Shown here piece by piece: positions 57,735-64,000 of a DNA stretch of 64,000 bases (its first letter is position 1; every line of letters starts with the position of its first letter). Source of the DNA: a bacterium CG_4_10_14_0_2_um_filter_33_32 (GTDB lineage Bacteria > Patescibacteriota > CPR2_A > CG2-30-33-46); contig PFOW01000055.1 of assembly GCA_002792735.1 (NCBI GenBank), forward strand, positions 273 through 64,272, in the 5' to 3' direction. Both the position numbers and the translations under genes were made by a program. The notes beneath the pieces were generated by a model. It was not told the origin of the DNA. It saw only the letters and a program-made list of their open reading frames with translations, and did no database searches.

Positions 57735-59822
57735 TTATTTTAACACAATTTTAGTATCTAATGTAATAAGATTTTTTGACTCGGCTTTTAAAGGATTGAT
57801 GTCTAGTTCTTGTATTTCCGGAAAGGCCAGCATTAGATCAGATATCTTTATTATTATATTTTTTAATCCTTTGATATCTATGGGCTTTTGACCTCTAAAT
57901 CCGGTCAATAAATCATATCCTTTAATTTTGAAAATCATTTCTCCTGCTTCATTTTTAGAAATAGGAGCAACACAAAAAGAAGTGTCTTTCAAAATTTGAA
58001 CATAAATCCCGCCTAACCCAAACATTATAACCGGTCCAAATAACGAATCTCTTTTTGCACCTATAATAAGCTCTGTACCGCTCTTTACAGTTTGATAAAC
58101 CATCAACCCGCTAAATTTGATTTTTAATTTTTTGGCATTTTTGATTATTTGTTCAAATGATTTTTTAACTTCATCACCGTTAACTAAATTAGTTTTAACT
58201 AATCCATATTCCGTCTTATGAAGAACATCAGAAGAAACTATTTTTAAAACAACAGGGAAACCAATTTTAGAAGCGGTTTTAATCGCCTCTTTCGAAGTCT
58301 TAACAAAGCTAGATTCAGCAGTTTTAATCTTTAAATTATTAAAAATAATTTTTGATTCTAAATCGTTTAGATTTTTTCTATTTTCTAGCCCTGCTTTTTC
58401 AAGAATTTTTTCTATATTTTTATTCCGCTGTAAATTAACATGATTCTTTTTTTGGCTAATTAATTTTCTAGAATTTTTATATTTAATAAGCTCCGAGAGA
58501 ACTCTTACCGCTCTTTCGGGAAATTCAAAATTAGGAATACCGCCTTTTTCCAATATTTGTACTCCTTTTTCAATAGCTTTACCTCCTATAAAAGAAGCTA
58601 CAATCGACTTATTGAATTTTTTCTTTAGTCTAACAATAGACTTGGCAGTTTTTTCAACCTCAGTGGATGTTTGGGGTGTTAAAATAACAATTAGATTAGA
58701 TAGATTTTTATCTTTAAGTATTATGTCAGCTGCTATCTTGAATCTTTTTGCATCGGCATCGCCTACTATATCAACTGGATTTGAAATAGACGCAGAGGAT
58801 GGCATCTTGGATTTTAAATTTTTAATTGTATTTTGTGTAAATTTCGCTAAAGTTAAATTTGACTGCGAAATTGCATCAGCTGCTATAACAGATGGACCTC
58901 CGGCATTAGCTAATACGGCAACTTTATTATCCTTAGGCATAGGTAAAACAGAAAAAGCTTCAGAAAAATCAAAAAGCTCCTCTATATCAGAAACCTGAAT
59001 TATTCCAGATTTATTAAAAACTGCTTTAATAACTTCGGCGTTAGAAGCTAAGGCTCCTGTATGAGAAGAAGCCGCCTTAGCTCCTTCTTTAGATAAACCG
59101 GCTTTTATAACAATAATTGGTTTTTTAAAAGATAGTCTAGATGCTGCATCAATAAATTCTGTGCCTCTTTTAATACTTTCGAAATATCCAAGAATAACTT
59201 TAGAGTTTTTATCTTTTTCTAAAGCACGGAATAAATCTACTTCATCAATATCTATTTTATTACCCAAGCTAATAAATTTAGAAAAACCAATATTATTTTT
59301 AGAGGCCCAGTCCAATATAGCTGAACACATAGCGCCTGATTGACTAATAACAGCTAAATTTTTTTTAATCGGCACACCTGCGGCGAATGAAGCATTCAGG
59401 GGTAGAAATGTATCAATAACTCCTAGACAATTCGGACCGATTATTCGAATCTTGTTTTTTCTAGCAATCTCCAAAATATTATCTTCAATTGATTTGCCTT
59501 CCTCGCCTGTTTCCCCAAAGCCGGCACTGATAATAATTACTGCTTTAACTCCCTTTTTACCAAGATCTTCCATAATCGATGGAATAATAATATTAGGCAC
59601 AATAATAACTGCAAGATCAATCTTGCTAGGAATTTTTAAAACAGATTCATAAGAATCTTTACCAAGTATTATACTAGCTTTTGGGTTTACCGGAAAAATC
59701 CTGCCTTTAAAACCTGAGTAAATAATATTCTTTAGTATTTGGTAACCAAGCTTATTTCTATCCCGAGAAGCTCCAATGATAGCAATTGATTTTGGATTGA
59801 AAAAATTATCTAGCTTTAACAT
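57735..59822 (-). CDS. acetate--CoA ligase (ADP-forming), fused alpha/beta subunits
   Basis: N-terminal CoA-binding (IAIIGASRDRNKLG), succinyl-CoA-synthetase-like ligase domain and C-terminal ATP-grasp. It sits immediately downstream of porGDAB. Confidence 0.8.
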   Translation of the reverse strand: MLKLDNFFNPKSIAIIGASRDRNKLGYQILKNIIYSGFKGRIFPVNPKASIILGKDSYESVLKIPSKIDLAVIIVPNIIIPSIMEDLGKKGVKAVIIISAGFGETGEEGKSIEDNILEIARKNKIRIIGPNCLGVIDTFLPLNASFAAGVPIKKNLAVISQSGAMCSAILDWASKNNIGFSKFISLGNKIDIDEVDLFRALEKDKNSKVILGYFESIKRGTEFIDAASRLSFKKPIIVIKAGLSKEGAKAASSHTGALASNAEVIKAVFNKSGIIQVSDIEELFDFSEAFSVLPMPKDNKVAVLANAGGPSVIAADAISQSNLTLAKFTQNTIKNLKSKMPSSASISNPVDIVGDADAKRFKIAADIILKDKNLSNLIVILTPQTSTEVEKTAKSIVRLKKKFNKSIVASFIGGKAIEKGVQILEKGGIPNFEFPERAVRVLSELIKYKNSRKLISQKKNHVNLQRNKNIEKILEKAGLENRKNLNDLESKIIFNNLKIKTAESSFVKTSKEAIKTASKIGFPVVLKIVSSDVLHKTEYGLVKTNLVNGDEVKKSFEQIIKNAKKLKIKFSGLMVYQTVKSGTELIIGAKRDSLFGPVIMFGLGGIYVQILKDTSFCVAPISKNEAGEMIFKIKGYDLLTGFRGQKPIDIKGLKNIIIKISDLMLAFPEIQELDINPLKAESKNLITLDTKIVLK

Positions 59823-60837
59823 ATTTTACTTTTTTATTTAGGTTAATTTTTAAAACTTTAATTTTATTTTGCAAAAATTTTAATCTCTTAATTTTAAGTA
59901 AGCCATTTTGAGAACCATAATGAGAAACTACTGATGCAGAATTTACTGATGCCATCTTAAGTGCTTTTCTTATATCGTTATGCAGAATCATGCCAGCTAA
60001 AAAAGATGAACCAAATGCATCCCCGGCACCGGTAGTATCAACGGGTCGAGCCGGTAAAATCGAGGAATGATACATTTCTTTCCCATCAAACGCAAATGAA
60101 CCATTGGCAGCATCGGTAACGATTGCAATTTTAGGACCCATTTTTTTAAGCCTTACTGCGATTTCCTTAGAATCATTTAATATAAATTTTTTATCTTTAG
60201 AAATAATTAATTCTTTTGCTTCATCTTTATTGAGAATAAGGATATTTGTTTTTTTAATAATTTCTTTAAGTTTTTCATATCCTTTTTTTAATTGTTCGGA
60301 ACCTGGATTCCATGCTAATTTTATTTTATTCTTCGTTAACTCATTTTTTAGTCGATTCAAAATCAATCCCGACTTACCTGTTAATGAAGTCAAATAAATC
60401 CATTTGGTATCTTTAACCCAATTCCAATTTTTAATTTTAAGCAGATTATTTGTACCCCTATAAAGAATCGCGGTATGTTCGCTGCTCTCGTCAACTATAA
60501 TCAAAGAAATTCCTGTTTTTGAAACACCAGGGTGACGGATAAGTAAACTATTATCTATACCTTCGGTTTTTAAGTAGCCAGAAATGGCATCAGCTATTTC
60601 GTCATTACCTATACTGGCGATAGTAGATATGCTTAAACCTAATCTTTTTAGGCTTACGGCACTATTTAACGCTCCTCCACCAAAAGAAAAAAAGGCAATT
60701 TTGGGAATAACTTTAGCCGCATACTCAAAACACATTAATTGTTGCCTAATGGGATCACAATTTTTTACAATCCAATCTTTATCAGTTTTAAAAAATATAT
60801 CTCTCGTAGCCCCGCCAATTGTAATTACATCATACAT
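59806..60837 (-). CDS. PfkB-family carbohydrate kinase (ribokinase-like)
   Basis: DVITIGGATRDIFF and DTTGAGDAFGSSFLAGM (PfkB signature 2). Confidence 0.7.
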   Translation of the reverse strand: MYDVITIGGATRDIFFKTDKDWIVKNCDPIRQQLMCFEYAAKVIPKIAFFSFGGGALNSAVSLKRLGLSISTIASIGNDEIADAISGYLKTEGIDNSLLIRHPGVSKTGISLIIVDESSEHTAILYRGTNNLLKIKNWNWVKDTKWIYLTSLTGKSGLILNRLKNELTKNKIKLAWNPGSEQLKKGYEKLKEIIKKTNILILNKDEAKELIISKDKKFILNDSKEIAVRLKKMGPKIAIVTDAANGSFAFDGKEMYHSSILPARPVDTTGAGDAFGSSFLAGMILHNDIRKALKMASVNSASVVSHYGSQNGLLKIKRLKFLQNKIKVLKINLNKKVKYVKAR

Positions 60838-60845
60838 AGAATCTC

Positions 60846-61679
60846 CTATTGAAGTACTTTAAATTTAATGGTCCAAACTAAAATATCAAATACATCTCCA
60901 AAATCTTCTCCATCGGCCGGACCTTCAATTCTTATAAGCTTTCCGTCTCTTTCTAAAAGTAGAACATCTGTGGTGTAGACAATTTTGGAATCTTTAGTTT
61001 TTTGCAGAACAATTCGTTCCCCTTTTGCTCCGTCTACAAATATGGCAGATTTGGCAGCAATTGTATGGTTAGCGTCAACAAGAGTTTCCTTCTCTTTCCC
61101 AAGTGTCTGTTCTTTAAATGCAATCGAAATCTCAACTCCTCCAACATCCTTTGGAATTATTTCAAAATCATAACCGTCACTAGCTAAAGTTTTTTTTCGC
61201 CAATCTGAAGGAAATTTTAACGAGTAACCAGAATTTGGGCTTTCAAATCCTTGCCAATCTGCAGTTGGATCTTCTATTTCTTCTTTTTGGGCATAATCAA
61301 TACTAAACCAACCGGTCGCATCCTCAAAAGTGCCTTTGTACCATTTATTGTCTGCTGACTTTTTAGCTAATTTAACTTTTGCCCTATAAGGAAGAGTGTA
61401 AATAATATCCGAGACCGTAGTAGCATCTTCTCTTAAATTGAGACCAGATTTTGAAGTTATATAAACAAATTCATCGCTTTTATTACTTGTGGAAACATCT
61501 TTGCTTGTTAAATTAGAATTATTTTTTGGGCTAGACTCTGCTGATTGAAATCTTTCTTTTGTTAAAAAATAAGTAACCGTTACCGCAATCAAAACTATAA
61601 GTAAAACAGCTAAAATTATTAAAATTATTTTTAACGATTTTTTTGCTGGTTTTTTTTGTGGAGGTATAATATCTTGCAT
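60846..61679 (-). CDS. membrane-anchored protein with bacterial SH3-like domain
   Basis: N-terminal TM helix. YTLPYRAKVKLAKKSADNKWYKGTFEDATGWFSIDY resembles SH3b. Confidence 0.4.
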   Translation of the reverse strand: MQDIIPPQKKPAKKSLKIILIILAVLLIVLIAVTVTYFLTKERFQSAESSPKNNSNLTSKDVSTSNKSDEFVYITSKSGLNLREDATTVSDIIYTLPYRAKVKLAKKSADNKWYKGTFEDATGWFSIDYAQKEEIEDPTADWQGFESPNSGYSLKFPSDWRKKTLASDGYDFEIIPKDVGGVEISIAFKEQTLGKEKETLVDANHTIAAKSAIFVDGAKGERIVLQKTKDSKIVYTTDVLLLERDGKLIRIEGPADGEDFGDVFDILVWTIKFKVLQ

Positions 61680-61684
61680 AATAT

Positions 61685-62311
61685 TTAAGCAGCTAATAAT
61701 CTTTGGCTGTTAACTTCTTTTATTATACATTCAATTTTGTACTCTACATAATTTATACAATTGTTTTCTTGTTCCATCATTTCTTTAACTGTTAATTTTT
61801 CAAAATAACGCCTTAGAGCTCTCATTGAATTATTGCCACAAACAATTGCAACATTTATTCCTTCTTTTTTTATGAATTTTTCTAAATCACGGCAAAAAGA
61901 AAAAACTCTTTTTTCTACCATCTTTATACTCTCTCCTCCGGGAGGCGAGGTACTATATGAGCGGTGATAAATTTGATATTTTTTTGAATCTGTTGCTTCT
62001 AGCTTAGATTTGCTTGTGCCCTGTAAGTCTCCATAACATCTTTCAATTATCCGATCATCAATAATTGTAAGTACTTTTTTGTGATACTTTAACGCCTCGG
62101 CCAAAGTACGTTTCATTCTAAATAAATGGGAGGTGAATCCAATGTCAATTTTTTTATCTTTTAACTTCTTCGCCAATATCTTAGCATCAGACACGCCCTT
62201 CTTAGTTAATTTTGAATTTCTAAATCCGGAAAATATTTTTCTATAATTATCGTAAGATTGACCATGTCTAAAAACATAAACTCTTCCCATAATTTTATTT
62301 GCACTTTTCAA
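61685..62311 (-). CDS. histidine phosphatase family protein (phosphoglycerate-mutase-like)
   Basis: RVYVFRHGQSYDN (RHG motif). It is adjacent to enolase. Confidence 0.7.
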   Translation of the reverse strand: MKSANKIMGRVYVFRHGQSYDNYRKIFSGFRNSKLTKKGVSDAKILAKKLKDKKIDIGFTSHLFRMKRTLAEALKYHKKVLTIIDDRIIERCYGDLQGTSKSKLEATDSKKYQIYHRSYSTSPPGGESIKMVEKRVFSFCRDLEKFIKKEGINVAIVCGNNSMRALRRYFEKLTVKEMMEQENNCINYVEYKIECIIKEVNSQRLLAA

Positions 62312-63549
62312 TTCTGGATTTCCTTTTCAATTTCTAGCAATCTATTGTACTTTTCAACCCGTTCCCCGCGAGAAGGAGCACCTGTTTTAATAAAAGAAGC
62401 ACCTGAAGATACGGCTAAATCAGAAATAAAAGTGTCGCAAGTTTCACCCGATCTATGAGATATAATATAAGTCCAATCAGCTTTCCGAGCTAATTTTATA
62501 GCCGCAATAGTTTCTGACAAAGTACCTATTTGATTAAGCTTTATAATTAATCCGGTAGCTGCTTTTTGCCTAATACCTTTTTTTATTCTTTCAGGATTTG
62601 TAACAAACAAATCGTCACCAATTATTTTTACATCTTTTGAAAATCTTTCTGTAAGTTCAATCCAGCCATCCCAATCTTCCTGCTCTAAACCATCTTCCAT
62701 TGATATAATTGGATAATTAGAAATCCAATCACTATACAACCCCAAAAGCTGCTGCTTTTTAAGAGTGATCTCTTCAGATTTAAGATAATAATTACCATCA
62801 TTGTCTGGTTGATATAACTCGGAAGCAGCAATATCTAATGCCAAATTTACCTTTCCTGAGTAACCGGCTTTTTCTATGGCTTCAACTATTAAGCTCATAG
62901 CTTCTGTATTAGATTTAAGGCTAGGACCAAAGGCACCTTCCAAACCTACATTTACCTCCTTTAGAATACTACCTAGACTATAATAAATTTCCGATATAGC
63001 TCTTATTTTATCCGGAAAATTATTAATTCCATTTGGAACTATAATAAATTCCTGAATATCCAGATTGCCGGAAGAATGCTTTCCGCCTTCTATAACAACC
63101 GAAAATGGAGTTGGCATACTAATATTGATATTGGATAAAAATGCATTGTTTAAATACTTATAAAGAGGCAATTTATTTAATTTTGATGCTAATCTGGCAA
63201 CAGCTAAGGAAACAGAAAGAATAGCATTAGCACCAATTTTCTTTTTCTGGGCAGTACCATCTAATTTAATCATCTTCTCATCAATTTCTTTTTGGTACTC
63301 CGGGTTTAACCCCTTCAAGGCTGGAGCTATGATTTTATTTACATTAGAAACCGCTTGTAATACGCCTTTGCCAAAATATCTTTCATCATTGTCTCTTAAT
63401 TCAAAAGCTTCAAATTTTCCAGTTGAGGATCCTGAAGGAACAGATGCATCAGCAATAATACCACTATCACTTTTTACAATCGTTCTTATGGTGGGTATAC
63501 CGCGTGAATCTAATATCTCTAATGATTCTATTTTTTTTATCTTTGTCAT
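62308..63549 (-). CDS. eno: enolase (phosphopyruvate hydratase)
   Basis: KIESLEILDSRGIPTIRTIV N-terminus, plus SHRSGETCDTFISDLAV and IKTGAPSRGERVEKYNRLLEIE. Confidence 0.95.
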   Translation of the reverse strand: MTKIKKIESLEILDSRGIPTIRTIVKSDSGIIADASVPSGSSTGKFEAFELRDNDERYFGKGVLQAVSNVNKIIAPALKGLNPEYQKEIDEKMIKLDGTAQKKKIGANAILSVSLAVARLASKLNKLPLYKYLNNAFLSNINISMPTPFSVVIEGGKHSSGNLDIQEFIIVPNGINNFPDKIRAISEIYYSLGSILKEVNVGLEGAFGPSLKSNTEAMSLIVEAIEKAGYSGKVNLALDIAASELYQPDNDGNYYLKSEEITLKKQQLLGLYSDWISNYPIISMEDGLEQEDWDGWIELTERFSKDVKIIGDDLFVTNPERIKKGIRQKAATGLIIKLNQIGTLSETIAAIKLARKADWTYIISHRSGETCDTFISDLAVSSGASFIKTGAPSRGERVEKYNRLLEIEKEIQN

Positions 63550-64000
63550 TATCTAATAAATAAAAAGTACGTTATTTCTAATATTATTAGTACGTTTAGA
63601 ATAATAATTACTGTTAAAAGTATTTTAAATTGATAAGATTTTTTCACACCATGCAATTGTTGGTCTATTTTTTCTACTGATTTTGGTAAAGCACGATTTA
63701 CAGCAGCTTGGCCAGAAACACTTGGTCCTTCTGAAGAGATACTATTTAAGTGCTGTATTGAAATAGGCGCTTGGTGTTCAATTGGTTTTGGTGAAACTCT
63801 TGTTGCTGATTGATCTACTGGTATCTGAACAGAAGATGGTTTCTTTTCTTCTTGTTGAGTTTGTTTATCTTCTCCCTGATATACAACTCCACTTTTTGCC
63901 TTTTCGACTACCATTTTTTGTTCAAGATGTTGTTTTAATTCTTCTAAGCTAATCTTTTCACCACATTGGGAACAGTAGTAACCGTCCTTTATAGAAATTA
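63549..64000 (-). CDS. hypothetical protein (5' end beyond window)
   Basis: The ORF continues to the window edge (…IKDGYYCSQCGEKISLEELKQHLEQKMVVEKAKSG…). It has a Cys-x2-Cys element, a low-complexity middle and a C-terminal TM helix. Confidence 0.4.
   Translation of the reverse strand, partial: ISIKDGYYCSQCGEKISLEELKQHLEQKMVVEKAKSGVVYQGEDKQTQQEEKKPSSVQIPVDQSATRVSPKPIEHQAPISIQHLNSISSEGPSVSGQAAVNRALPKSVEKIDQQLHGVKKSYQFKILLTVIIILNVLIILEITYFLFIR

Noticed and set aside
1-64000. Alternative genetic code (TGA as Gly, as in some Patescibacteria lineages)
   Set aside because: Very long ORFs (7.2 kb, 2.8 kb, 2.2 kb and others) are intact under the standard code, and genes terminate at TGA or TAA where expected. 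There is no sign of TGA recoding. The single in-frame TAG in copB is better explained as a point nonsense change or an error.
1-64000. CRISPR arrays, rRNA genes, additional tRNAs
   Set aside because: No regularly spaced direct repeats and no rRNA-like conserved blocks were found by eye. Only one cloverleaf-compatible tRNA (51594..51668) was recognised.

Overview
This is an AT-rich bacterial segment (GC roughly one third by eye, not computed) read with the standard code; TGA acts as a stop because a 7.2-kb ORF and many others are intact. Nearly all genes lie on the minus strand. The gene content looks like a reduced-genome, fermentative, Patescibacteria/CPR-like organism: pyruvate:ferredoxin oxidoreductase porGDAB, ADP-forming acetyl-CoA synthetase, enolase, IscS/IscU, MetRS, RsmI/RsmA, MnmA and a single tRNA-Glu(UUC).

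The dominant feature is a co-directional minus-strand cluster of about 23 kb (11.4-34.6 kb). It holds a type IV pilus (T4P) locus with two pilins, PilC, PilB, a possible prepilin peptidase, the major pilin, a PilM-PilN fusion, PilO, a PilX-like protein and a pseudopilin. A multi-PAS protein, a sensor histidine kinase and a stand-alone CheY-like receiver are embedded between the assembly genes and the major pilin gene. Directly upstream and co-oriented sits a 2404-aa secreted protein with about 19 tandem IPT/TIG-like Ig repeats plus an FN3 domain. A 280-aa secreted paralog of its C-terminal domain (both end in YSP) and two tandem membrane-anchored paralogs accompany it.

Small candidate mobile modules are a GIY-YIG nuclease gene bracketed by inverted hairpin repeats with a compensatory stem substitution, inserted inside the pilus operon, and an IS200-like/RAYT Y1 transposase flanked by REP-like palindromes.

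Two genes, the major pilin and an RpfB-like G5/transglycosylase, have conserved or required N-terminal sequence upstream of any ATG/GTG/TTG. An ATA codon sits 4-5 nt after a GGAGG Shine-Dalgarno in both, suggesting non-canonical AUA/AUU initiation.

Four genes appear disrupted: a class I/II aminotransferase (-1 shift), an M50 protease/CBS split at an A7 run, a Trp/Tyr-rich repeat exoprotein with two +1 shifts, and a CopB-like P1B ATPase with an in-frame TAG in place of a probable Trp. No CRISPR array or rRNA was seen.
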